A stretch of DNA of 64,000 nucleotides from the NCBI RefSeq assembly GCF_011386835.1, contig NC_088791.1:23374001-23438000 (forward strand), written 5' to 3'. The DNA comes from Chrysemys picta bellii (Eukaryota). Of the stretch, positions 51,176 through 62,780 are shown piece by piece; the stretch's first letter is position 1; every line of letters begins with the position of its first letter. Below the pieces are notes generated by a model. That model had not been told where the DNA came from. It searched no databases and saw nothing but the letters and a program-made list of their open reading frames with translations. A program made the position numbers and the translations under genes.

Positions 51176-51406
51176 TATCAGAGGGGTAGCCGTGTTAGTC
51201 TGAATCTGTAAAAAGCAACAGAGGGTCCTGTGGCACCTTTGAGACTAACAGAAGTACTGGGAGCATAAGCTTTCGTGGGTAAGAACCTCACTTCTTCAGA
51301 TGCAAGACATCTTGCATCTGAAGAAGTGAGGTTCTTACCCACGAAAGCTTATGCTCCCAGTACTTCTGTTAGTCTCAAAGGTGCCACAGGACCCTCTGTT
51401 GCTTTT
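51176..51406. mobile_element. Fold-back Penelope pLTR mini-element
   Basis: Same pLTR as 39375 and 50146; perfect inverted arms 51211-51307 / 51310-51406; probable TSD tgata(t/a)gacctta at 51161-51173 and 51406-51418. Confidence 0.9.
51314..51354 (+). ncRNA. Minimal type I hammerhead ribozyme motif (mirror copy on minus strand at 51263-51303)
   Basis: GCAT-CTGAAGA-A-GTGAGG..CCCAC-GAA-AGCT-T-ATGC: stem I GCAU/AUGC, core CUGANGA and GAAA, palindromic loopless stem III AGCU, predicted cleavage after 51350. Confidence 0.7.
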
Positions 51407-51530
51407 GATAAGACCTTAGTGATTAGTGTCTTAAAAAAAATAGTCTTAGCACAGCATGATCCCTGCAACTAGGGGAACCAGGGACTAGCCATCCATCACA
51501 GTAAAGAAACAATGCATTTAAAAACAGCGT

Positions 51531-51711
51531 TTTATTTTATGATTTTTCTTCAACATCCCTTCCGTGTGAAGGTAATGATCTGTAGCGCCAGAGAGCCTTT
51601 ATTCGACGATTCATGCTGGGGGAGACGTGTCACTCCAGAATGGCACAGCCGCCAGGAGAAGATACTCCTAGATATCTGAGGAAGCATATGCTGGAGCAGC
51701 AGCTCTATTAC
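51531..51711 (-). other. Candidate terminal exon / CpG-retaining unique element
   Basis: Acceptor ttcaacag|G at 51711, stop at 51550, AATAAA at 51531-51536 on the minus strand; product unrecognised. Confidence 0.2.
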
Positions 51712-52801
51712 CTGTTGAACAGTCTCAGTGAGCACACCCTGAGAGCCTGGTCCCAGATCTTCTGATTTGTACAAAGCAAGGGCGAAGGCACATTCATGCC
51801 CTCCCTACCCCTTTCTGGAGTAGCTAATAGCTGTAACAATGCTACCAAGGAACAATAATTGTGCTCCCAACAGAACTCTGTCCTACCAAGGGCACTAGAA
51901 AAGTCAGGAGAGAAGAGGATTTTTTCTTTAAATTTCTGGTACTTTCTGCTTCAGGTCCATCAAAAATACCACAAAAGCATATCGTAGAGGGTTTCAGAAT
52001 TTCTGATCCAAGACCGATCGTAAAAATGCAATGGCTCCTGCAAAGAAAACAGCGCTACCAGTGTACATCAGAGTCATTCCACTGAAATCAGTAATGTTGC
52101 TCTGCATTTAACTCTGCCAGTGTAACTGCTCTAAGAATCTAGTCCATTGCTTTGCAATACCCTTTATCATACGTTACAACCGCTCAGCTAAATCTAATCT
52201 CAGCCTCCATTCTAGAAACATAAGTTGTCGCTGCTGCTAACTAACTTTATCAGCCAGTCCAACTTTTCAATGCAATATTTTCATTGCTTTTCTAATGATC
52301 ACATTTTGTTGCAGTTGGTTTGTTTTATTCTGTCAGAAAAATCTCAACAGTATGTATTATCTCAATCTAGTTGAGTATTATTGATGTCACCTCACCGTGT
52401 GGCTAGTTGCAAATCAGACTCAAAGAAAAAAAATAGAACCCAAATTATTTATTAAAGCAGAAGTGGAACAGAAAATAAAATTAGTGAAAGTCTTTCAAGT
52501 GCTGAAAAAGAGTAGCAAGCCTGAATTTTAAGCTTTAATAAGTAGCATGGAACATAGCCAAGGAGTATGATTAAATGTTAGGAATCTTGATGAACAATGA
52601 TTTTCTTTTAGTATGTGTGACAGCTTCATTGGCTGGACCTCATATGTACACACTTTCATGTGCTTTGGTTAATCTACACATACACTGCACTCTCCAAACA
52701 TGATTTGAAGACAAATGCCAGAGCCATGAGCAAGTTAATTATAAGGTCCCTCTGCATCAATAGATTACATCTTGAGCTTCATGTGCCTGTCACATTATGG
52801 A

Positions 52802-53023
52802 CAGGGCCGGCTCCAGGCACCAGCTTGGCAAGCAGGCGCTTGGGGCGGCCACTCCAGAGAGGGAGGTCCAGCTATTCGGTAGCAATTCGACGGACGGTCC
52901 CTCACTCCCGCTCGGAGCGAAGGACCTTCCGCCGAATTGCCGCCGCAGATCGTGATTGCAGCTTTTTTTTTTTTTTTTTTTTTTTGGCTGCTTGGGGCGG
53001 CCAAAACCCTGGAGCCGGCCCTG
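52802..53023. mobile_element. hAT MITE (CAGGGCCGGCTC TIR)
   Basis: Perfect TIRs, TSD ATTATGGA/ATTACGGA. Confidence 0.92.
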
Positions 53024-53602
53024 ATTACGGATGCAGCTTTTATTTATTTATTCAGATTTATATTACAATAAACAAATGATCACCTATCCCAAACTACCGG
53101 CACCCCCGACAGACTTTAAAAATACATTTTGTAAAATAGACAGACCCCAGCAATTTCCCGCAGATGACACTACCCAGTAGCAACAGAGAGAAACAAAACT
53201 TTAATATAAAAATCATTATGAAAACCATGCCTAGAGTCCCCCTCCAACCATTCTCCAACTTCCCAATGGGCTGAGCACAAGGGACGGGTCTTGAATGTTA
53301 CCAAACTCAGTCTGTGATGGATCCTGGCAGTAAGTAAGTCCCAAAGGTGCAGAGGCCTAACAGGGAAGTCCTGCTAGCCACTCCCTCTCTTATACTCATG
53401 TGGCCATAGCTTAAATGCCTCTGCTGACTGCGGATGTGCCAGTGTAACTCGCACACCTATTGGGTGTGGTGTTCTATCCCAGCTAGTGGCACCAAGACAA
53501 CTTAGAGAGAGATTGGAACCTTTGAATTTGATTGAAAATCAAAATGAATCTGCTCTACAGCCTGAGCTAAGGGCCATATGGCTTTTAGCTCATGCAGTAG
53601 AA

Positions 53603-53928
53603 CGGGGATCGGCAACCTTTGCACGCGGTCCACCAGGGAAAGCCCCTGGCGGACCGGGCCGGTTTGTTTACCTGCCGCAGGTTCAGCCAATCGCGGCTCC
53701 CACTGGCCGCGGTTCCCCGCTCCAGGCCAATGGGGGTGGCGGGAAGCGGCGGCCAGCACATCCCTTGGCCCACGCCACTTCCCGCAGCCCCATTGGCCTG
53801 GAGCGGGGAACCACGGCCAGTGGAAGCCACGATCGGCCGAACCTCAGGACACGGCAGGTAAACAAACCAGCCCGGCCTGCCAGGATGCTTACCCTGGCGG
53901 GCTGCATGCCAAAGGTTGACGATCCCTG
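53603..53928. mobile_element. hAT MITE inserted in a tRNA-like SINE head
   Basis: TIRs, TSD CAGTAGAA/CAGTAGAG; host has tagctcatgcagtag upstream and gttcaatcc downstream. Confidence 0.9.
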
Positions 53929-55029
53929 CAGTAGAGACTCGTGCATTTAGCTCCAGAGGCCCCAAGTTCAATCCTGCCCACCGACGACCGGGGGGCTGTC
54001 AATATTACACCAATATGGCAAGGGGAGAGAGATGGTCACTTGGGTAAGTCCCATGTAGGGTTTTATAGGTTAAACCCCTATACCCAGAAACCAATAGCAG
54101 AGCACAGGTTTCATATTCCCTCACAGAGAAATGCAATTAAATAGGCCACTCAATTCTGTACTAGCTGCAATTTCCACATGGATTTTATCTGGTTTCATCT
54201 CTGGTCCTCATCCTGGTGTGCAGGGAGTGCAGCTGCATGCAAGAACCCCTACTCTATGGGGTGTATCTAAGGAGCCCTCTGAAGTCAGGGGGAGACTTTT
54301 CATTGATTCAGTTGCCTTTAGATCAGGCCCATTCCGCACAGGGTTCAGGAAAAGTGACATTCCCTGTGCTCAAGTGCACTCCACATATCCATTACCCCAC
54401 AGGAAGCAAGAATGAGGTGGGGTCATGCTTCTACCTCCTCCACAGAAGCTTTTCTCCCCTCCACACCGCTACCTCCAATATACCAGTGCAGGGCAGTGGC
54501 AAGGGTCCAACCTGGATCTTTGAGACCCTGCAGGAATTTTGCTGCTACCCTAAAGTTTTTTCAATGGATTCTCAGTTAACTATAAACTGAAGATGAAACC
54601 CCGGTTCCATCAAAATCAACAGCAAAACTCCCAATGACTTGAAGGGGACCAGGATTTCAGCTGAAAACAGTAGGGAGAGACAGGAAAAACAAAAAAAAGT
54701 GATGAGTAAAGAGGAGTCAGAAATGCATCAGAGATCCAGGGAGAAAATCATCTGATCTGAAATCACTTATCTTATTAACTGTAGTTCCCCCCCCCCCCCA
54801 TTTCATTTTCCATGCAACATTTGCAAAGATGACTCCTTTAAAAGAAATCAGAATTCTAGCTAGGTCCATAAAAACAAGGTTATAAGCCTTTTTTGAATGT
54901 CTCCATCCCTCCTGCTAATAAGAGACCAGCTCCCACCTACACAGCATAAGAATTAGTAACTAAGAAAAGCTCGTCCATGCGAGGTGCATATTTAAGGGGA
55001 GAAGAAAAGATACGATTTTAAAAGAAAAG

Positions 55030-55586
55030 ATGAGTAAGTTACGGTAGCCTCTGGGTAGCAGGAACCAGCATGTTGAATGTTTCTGCCTGTTTTATACACA
55101 TTCAATATTAATTCAGTTTCCGTGGCAACTATGACATCCCGTGAAATTATATACTACCATTGAATTATAGAGCATCTTAAAGCAAAATGCGCCTGCAGCT
55201 AACGGAGACACTCTGTTGTAATTTAAAATGTTTCTCCTGCTTGTGTGAGACTTCAAATTATCCCTTAAAACGTATTCCTTTCTTTCAGATGTAGACCACT
55301 AAGATAGATTTAAGCAAAATCCACTGCTAGGAAATTAGTTTCTTGACTTGTGTTGTCCAATAAGTGTCTGACCCATGTCTCTGTGTTTTGTTATGTTTTC
55401 CATAGTAAATAGTAACCATACACCTCGAGTCTGCATGATTATTAGCTTAGATTAAGAGTAATCACCAAAACAAGCAAGAACAAAAGGAAGTCGCCATCTG
55501 AGAACACAATGTGTGTCTCTCCATAACAGCTGTATATTTAGAAATGGCAGCTGCCTTCAGCAGACTCCTGGAAGTGGAAAGGTACA

Positions 55587-55637
<51 letters not shown>

Positions 55638-56971
55638 GTTTCACAGCTTCACACATCAAACATCTGACTTAGTCTATAAGCTCCTGAAGGCAGGAATGGT
55701 CTTCCTTTATGTTTTTAGAGTACTATCACAATCCTGGTCATCTATAAAATAATGCCTCCTTTTTTGGATGAAGTTGTGAGATATACAGGAGACTGTGCAT
55801 GATCTGAGCGGTTTTAGGAATTCCTCAGGAAAATAAAATAAAGGCATAAGATACAAATTTTCATGACATGGGTGTCATTATCACAATGAATTCAAGAAAA
55901 ATGTGACATAAGCAGGCTGCTTTCCCCCAGTTTATAATGGCATGTATTTTTAGCTACCTGCTTCGTTTGGATTATTCATCCTAGTATTCTTCTCCTTTTT
56001 CATTGCTCTACTGCAACAGGGTTTTTTTTTAACCAAAACAAAGACCATTGTCTAAGTGCCCATGGCTGCAAGATGCTCATTTCAGCTGCAGAGGAGGCTG
56101 TGCAGCATACCTCAGGCCCTACTGGAAAGAGAGGGAAGACTTAGGAAGGCAAAGAACCGCTCTGGTAAGGTGCTGAGTTCCCTTCTCAATGACAGCTGAG
56201 GGTTGAGGACCAGCGATTGGTTACCCTGATTGTTACCATTTGATGAAAAACGGATGTTGTTACAGTGCCACCCAATTTGCTCTGTGTAATGCCCAACAGT
56301 TCTAACCTGGAAAAAATGTGCTGGAGGCATTTTAAAGAATTTCAATATTCCTATTTATCTTACTAAGTATATTTCATGTAACTAAAGTTTAAGCCCACAG
56401 GGTGAAACCCTAAGCCCACAAAAGTCAATCCCAAAACTCCCATTGACTTCAGTGGGGCTAGGATGTCACCAGTAGGCTTTTCTAGGTCAGATACATTCAT
56501 GTATTTCAACTTTTACACCCCTGTTCTTCACTCAGGGTGCTTCATGATAATTAAAATATAAAATGCAGATAAAATCCACACTATACATTGAACTGCACAG
56601 ACAACATTACAGTGATGTCTGCCCACCACAACGCTGCATAACAGAATACCACTGCATTTTCCCATCTCCTCTCCAGTCCTAGCAGACTATGGATATGGTG
56701 TTCTGTTGGCTAAGTGGTATTTTCCTTCAGACCTATCTGGAATTAATTCCATACAAGGTGCACTTCAACTCAAACCCAAGGAGGAAATGATTGGTCTATG
56801 ACTAATATTGCACCTAGCACAATGGGACATTGATCTCAGCTGGGACTTTACTGAAATACAAAGAATAATAAAAATCCACCTCCTCAATTTCCCCAGGTGA
56901 AACACCAGCTACACTCTGCCCAATGGACTGAGCCAAAGACACCTGAGACTTTGCAATCATTTGACTCCTGA
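55030..56971 (+). CDS. Candidate five-exon small-protein gene (78 aa), unrecognised
   Basis: Exons 55030-55033, 55530-55581, 56086-56164, 56731-56757, 56897-56971 with GT-AG sites splice into one open frame. Confidence 0.25.
55116..55129. promoter_or_regulatory. RFX X-box motif
   Basis: GTTTCCGTGGCAAC fits GTNNCCATGGNAAC-type consensus, in unique CpG-retaining sequence. Confidence 0.45.
55590..55634. repeat. (CA)n microsatellite
   Basis: About 22 uninterrupted CA units. Confidence 0.97.
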
Positions 56972-57447
56972 GATGATAGAAAATCAAAATACTACAGACA
57001 AATTCATTCCTGGCGTTAGTGCAGTTACAGCAGGAGTGAATTTGGTCCAGTGACACAAATACGATAGCATCAAGTGTTTTGTCCCGAGAAAGGCTGAATA
57101 GACGACAAAACATGGGTTAGTTGGAGCTGTTAAGGAAAGACTAAACTTTGAGATAGATCTTCATTATTTTGAATCAAAACTCCTTACGCTTTTCTGCAGT
57201 GAATATAGTAAGACTGATGAAGCACTGACCCAGGGGCAAAGGTTGACAATAGCTTTGTTCTTTTCAGTAACAAAAATATAAATGCAGCACAAAGCTATCC
57301 AAAAGAGGGGAAATGGGCAATTAATCCTATTACCAAACAAATCCTGACCTCTGCAAAACATCCATGGAAAAATAGGCTAAAAACTGTAACTAACTGTGAA
57401 AATCCCAAGGACGTGTAAATAGCTTACCATTTAAGGTAAGAATATTT

Positions 57448-57941
57448 TGTGAATGTATAGTACATGAGTGAACCCCTGTAGTCACACCCTACACATTATT
57501 GTAATAATCTTTGTACAAAATACTCCTTGTGAGGTATCATTTGTAAACTAATAACTCATTCGTCAATAATGTCATGGTGAAAGGTATGTAGAAACATTGT
57601 CTGTAAAGTTGTGAATTTCCTGGCCTGTGTGCACATGTTCAGACGCCATGTAACCCTGATTAGGCAGGAGTGGTTAAGCAGGTATATCATAAACAAAGGA
57701 ATGTGTGTTTACCTCAATTTACATATAAATAGTAAACTGGGTTATTGAGGCAGCAAGGGAAAGACCAGGCAAATCTACATTTCAGCATACATCGGGAAGA
57801 AGAAAGAGCATGGGGGCACCTTCCCCCCCAGACTCCAGGTCACCTTTGTTACAGTTTGAATACATTTTTCTTTGAGGGGTAATCCTCAGAGGAATCCACT
57901 TCAAAGGGGGACTGGACTGTAACAGTGAGGGGCAAAACAGC

Positions 57942-57979
<38 letters not shown>

Positions 57980-58640
57980 TCACCTAAGACAAAGGAACCA
58001 GCCCTTTGCGGGCAGATCCTGACTTGAAAATGTGGTCAGCCCTGTTGCAGGGAACGTGTGATAAGAATTCTATCTTGAACCAAGTCTAGTGTGTTAAGTT
58101 TTAGTTACTAGAAAGCATTTTATCTTTATTTCTCTTGTAACCATTTGTGACTTTAGTGCCTTGTACTTGTACTTGCTTAAAATCTCTCTCTTTGTAGTTA
58201 AATAAACTTGTTTTATTCTTTAATCAAAACTAATCCAGTGGTGTGTTTAAACTAAATTGTTTGGTAACACTAATTAAAGTAGCAAACTCTTGTATATTGA
58301 CCCCTTACAGGACAATGGACCTGCAATATCTGAACTGTCCAGGAGTGGGCTGGATAGTTTCAGAACACACATTTTGGGGGGAAATCTGGGACTGGTCATA
58401 TGTTGGGGTTACCCTGCAAGTGGTAACCAAGGTTGGTGGAAGCTAGGGAGTTGACTGGAGTGTTGTTGGCAGGCTGTAGCTACACACAGACATTCAGGGT
58501 GTGACCTACATGCTGTTTGGCTGTGTGTGAGGAGCCTGCGCTTAGAGCTTGAGTAACAAAGTATTGTGATGCATCCAAGGTTGCAGGGCAGGGAATGACA
58601 CAACCCCTCACTAGTCTGCATTGCACCCCAGAATGTGATA
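57448..58640 (+). mobile_element. Solo LTR related to family D
   Basis: Shares ttgtacaaa...ccttgtgaggtat and aataaactt...tctaatccagtg blocks with 21061-22187; internal (TC)n at 57946-57972; ends approximate. Confidence 0.7.
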
Positions 58641-59215
58641 GTTTGCCCATCGTGCTTAATTCCATAATTTGTCCAATAGAAGTCAGGAGAACCACTCAGA
58701 GTAGTAAGACACATGCAAGGATTGGGCCCTCTATATGTATATATGCATCATCAATAAAATGCAGCATCTTCTGGGATAGAGGACAGCAGATAGAAGGCAC
58801 CAGCAGGGGAAATTTTGGCCAAGGACCTGGCTTAGATACTTCAGTAATGAGAATATTGAAATAGACATGTAGACTCTGAGACAAACTTCTTCCATTATAA
58901 ACGATCATTATGCCTTTAGTGCCCATGCAGAGCAAACCAAGCCTCAGTTCTTAAGGGATCATCTGGAAGACCTACACATTATACTCTTGAAGATAAAGCC
59001 CAGCACTAAATCTGGCAGAACACATGGCTCCAGCAAATCTAAACTGTGCAAACACAATGCTTAGACCCCTAAATTATCCCCTCCAATTTATAATTTACAC
59101 TAAAACCTGCTATGCTGATTTCCACCAGCTGAGGAACTGACCTGTAGAGTTTATATTATATTTAACTGCTGCCTAATGTTTAACTATAAAACTTAAACAC
59201 AATGACTTATACATG

Positions 59216-60274
59216 TGTAAGCAGGGTCTGAATGAACTCCTTGACAGCTAGTTGGAGATGAGGAGAGACTTCAGGAGCAAACTGTATTTACATGAACACA
59301 CCTACTCTGCGTAGGTATCCAGCAGACAGGAGCTGTGTAGCTCCAAGTGATCAACTTTCGCTGGTGTTGGGTTACAAATCACTATAGTACTGAATGCAGT
59401 GGTAGTGAAATGCTGTTATCAATGTTATTTTTATTGTATGAGTAAAGGAGAGCAGGACTGTGCTGAGCCTGGCCTGATTGAGGGGTCACCCTCAGTTGAA
59501 AGGAACTCACTAAGCCAGGGGCTTGAAAAGTAAGGGGGGGGGGAAGGTGTGAACTTCCCCCAAGGGCTCCCACTCTGGTTTAACCTGTTCCTTCCCACTG
59601 TTCAAAGATAGAGCTAAATAGGCTTCATTAGGAGGCTTTTGTTATGTTAAGTGCTTTACTAAGAGCAGTGTGGACTCTCAAAAGACTGACTGGCAGAGAG
59701 GCGGGTGGCAAAAGGTGACCGGCAAGTGGAGTGGAACGAGTGGCTGGTGAGGCAGCAGGCGGAGAGGAACTGTGGCTGGTGGAGCGGCCAGCCAGAGCAA
59801 GTGCTCAGATCGCAGAACAAGCCAGGTGCCTTCTTCTCCTGGTGGTAGGTGACCTCACACAGATGCATCTCTGAACCCTGGGTCCTCACTGACCAAGAAC
59901 AACCACTGTGAGTGGGGTATGGTGAGCAAGCAGAGAGGGGCACAGTAAATGCACTTTTGGTTGTAGAATTCAGGAACATGGGGTAGTGTGGTGGGCATCC
60001 TGCTCGCAGCTTTATGAATCCTGCTTGTTGCATTTTCCCTAATTAATGTCAGGTCATTTCCCTTCTTTCATTAAAAGTTTCTTTGCTACACTCAGACTCT
60101 GTGCTTGTGAGTGGGAAAGTTTTGCCTCTCAGAGGTGCCCAGGGCTGGTGTGTACTTTTCCTAGCTTACTGGGTGGGGACTCGAGCTGGTTTTGTGTTGT
60201 ATTGTTGAAAGGGAACCCCTAGATATTGAACCCAGCCCTGGTTACTGCCGACTCCACCTGGCAGAAGGGTTACG
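59216..60274 (+). mobile_element. Solo LTR (family G)
   Basis: TGTAA...TTACG (mutated CA) termini, 4-bp TSD CATG. Confidence 0.8.
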
Positions 60275-61034
60275 CATGCAAAGTCGGGGTCTGCTGTCTG
60301 CATTTACACTGTATGCCTTATAGGCAGCAAAGTCAGCTTTTGGGGTCTGAGTATTACAGCAGCCATGGGGAAAACAAAAATATCGGCTCCTATATGCATT
60401 ACAATCTTTCTGTTGCCAGAATAGGTTCTCACTGTGCCCATTTCTCATTACTGTCCTTGGGACTGATCCCACTTTCCTCCTTTGCCTCAGTGGGCACCAG
60501 TGTAGGCCCCACATCATGAGAATGACATTCAGGATCAGAATTTTAATCCCAACATATTTTTTAAAGACTGCCGTATGGAACGCCTTTGACCTTTTCAGTG
60601 TTCTCTGTTTGATTGGCTGAACATTCTATCCCCTCCCTGGGGCTCACTCTCTGACTCTGTTACTAATCACATTGCAGAGGAGTACAAATGTCAGAGCAGC
60701 ACAAAGCTACACTCTCCAGAATCCAGGAAGCACTGCAATTCTCACATTGCATCCTTGGAACGCAGATGATGAGAAAACAAGCTCATACGACAGATGGGAA
60801 CCTTTCCTTGTGAAAATGAATGTGAAAAAGGAGCACTCAGCATTCAGGGGCGAGTGGGGGTCATTGTCTCTGCTGCACAGTTTCTTGCAGAGGTCTTAAC
60901 ACAAATTCACAGGCAAGTTTATGAAAGTGTAGATGGAATCTAAGATGGTATAATTTGCACCTTCTTCCGGCCCCTTTAGTGAGCATGTTGCTTCAATTTA
61001 GACTCCCTTACATGTCAGGAAGTGGCTGTAAGTA

Positions 61035-61210
61035 GGTGAAAGAACATAGGGATTGATATCCCAGATCAGACCATGGTCTGACAGTGGCCAGCATCAGATG
61101 CTTCAGAGGAAGATAAAAGAACTCAAAATGGACAACTATAGCATAACCAATCAAAGGAGACTTCTTCCTAATCCCTGTCAGCTATAGGTTGGTGTCTGCC
61201 CTGAAGCATG
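61035..61210 (-). mobile_element. CR1-like 3' end fragment
   Basis: atcagaccatggtc...gtggccagcatcagatgcttcagaggaag...tgccctgaagcatgagg. Confidence 0.55.
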
Positions 61211-61530
61211 AGGCTTTTATCTATTTTTATTTTACAATTCCTCTCTCAGGGAAAGGAGTGCAGCTGAGTGCAAAGGAACTGAAGGTAGTGGGCAGGGGTC
61301 TAACATAAAATATGTTACATATCGCTCTGAGTTTGACCCATCTTGTCTCCAGTCTCCTCCTCAGCTGGTTTACTGAAATTTCGATATGCTTCTACATAGC
61401 TCAGGAGCTGCTTTCCATTGTCTTGTCACAGCTGATTTGCTAATATGACAAAAGACTATTTCAAACACAAAATATGATGCCTCATGAAATTTCAGGAGGC
61501 TGAAAATAATTCACAGGAAGGCATTATAAA

Positions 61531-62374
61531 TAGGGCCCTACCAAATTCACAACCATGAAAAACGTGTCACGGACTGTGAAATCTAGTCTTTTGTGTGCTT
61601 TTACTCTATACTATACAGATTTCACAGGGGAAACCAGCGTTCCTCAGATTGAGGGTCCTGACCCAAAAGGGAGTTGCACAGAGGTTGCAAGGTTATTTTA
61701 GGGGCGTTGCGGTATTGCCACCCTTACTTCTGTGCTGCCTTCAGAGCTGCTGCTGGAGAGCGGCAGATGTTGGCCGGGCACCCAGCTCTGAAGGCAGTGC
61801 CCCACCAGCAGCAGCGCAGAAGTGAGGGTGGCAATACCATACCAGGGTCTACATAATACTTAGTTCTGCCATGAGTGCAGGGGACTGCAGTATATAACCT
61901 CTCGAGGTCCCTTCCAGTCCTATGATTCTATCATATACCATAACATACTATACCATGCCACCCTTACTTCTGCGCTGCTGCCTTCAGAGCTGGGCAACCA
62001 GAGAGTGGTGGCTGTTGACTGAAGCCCCAGCTGTGCAGGCAGCAGCGCAGATGTCAGGGTGACAATACCATACCAGGCCATCCTTACTTCTGCACTGCTG
62101 TTGGCGGTGGCTCTGCCTTCAGAACTGGGCTCCCAACCAGCATCTGCCACTTTCCAGCTGCCCAACTCTGAAGGCAGCACCACCACCTCCAGCAGAGCAG
62201 CAGAAGTAAGGGTAGCAATACCATAACCCCCTTACAATTGTAGGGATCAGGATCCCTACGATTACAACACTGTAAAATTTCAGATTTAAATAGCTGAAAT
62301 CGTGAAATTTGTGATTTTTAATTCCTATGACCATGAAATTCACCAAAATGGACCGTGAATTTGGTAGGGCCCTC
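61531..62374. mobile_element. hAT MITE with alternating internal repeats and a nested CR1-tail fragment (61860-61930)
   Basis: TIRs tagggccctaccaaattca / tgaatttggtagggccctc, TSD ATTATAAA/ATTATCAA. Confidence 0.9.
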
Positions 62375-62485
62375 ATTATCAATGACAATTTCCTAACTCA
62401 AAAAGAGTTGCAGTCAACACAGGGGATTCTATAGTGGACTTTGTCCTAATAGATGAAAGACAAACTGATCACAGAACTAAAAGTT

Positions 62486-62525
<40 letters not shown>

Positions 62526-62558
62526 GAGATAGATAGAGAGATAGATAGAGAGATAGAT
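62486..62558. repeat. (GATA)n / (GAGA) compound microsatellite
   Basis: Directly visible. Confidence 0.95.
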
Positions 62559-62780
62559 ATTTTTATAGCTGCCTCCACTTCCACTCTAAACCAGATTAGC
62601 ACAGCCTTCTTCCTCAATTGTGGGATTGTAGCCTTTTGATTATCTAGAAAGGTGTTCTTAAATAATTTCCAATTATCAGTCACATTTTTTTTATTAAATC
62701 TTTCCTTCCAGCTGACTTGGCACATAATTTTTTTAAGGGTTGTGAAATTGCTTTATTAAATCACCAAGTATATTGGTAGA

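Noticed and set aside
51585-51670. Plus-strand frame with ITIM-like SLYSTI
   Set aside because: Weak acceptor with an upstream competing AG, and no Ig or TM exons found.
56111-56306. Minus-strand 196-nt exon with good splice sites
   Set aside because: Stops occur in all frames before the donor and it overlaps the plus-strand model. It could only be non-coding, and there is no supporting evidence.
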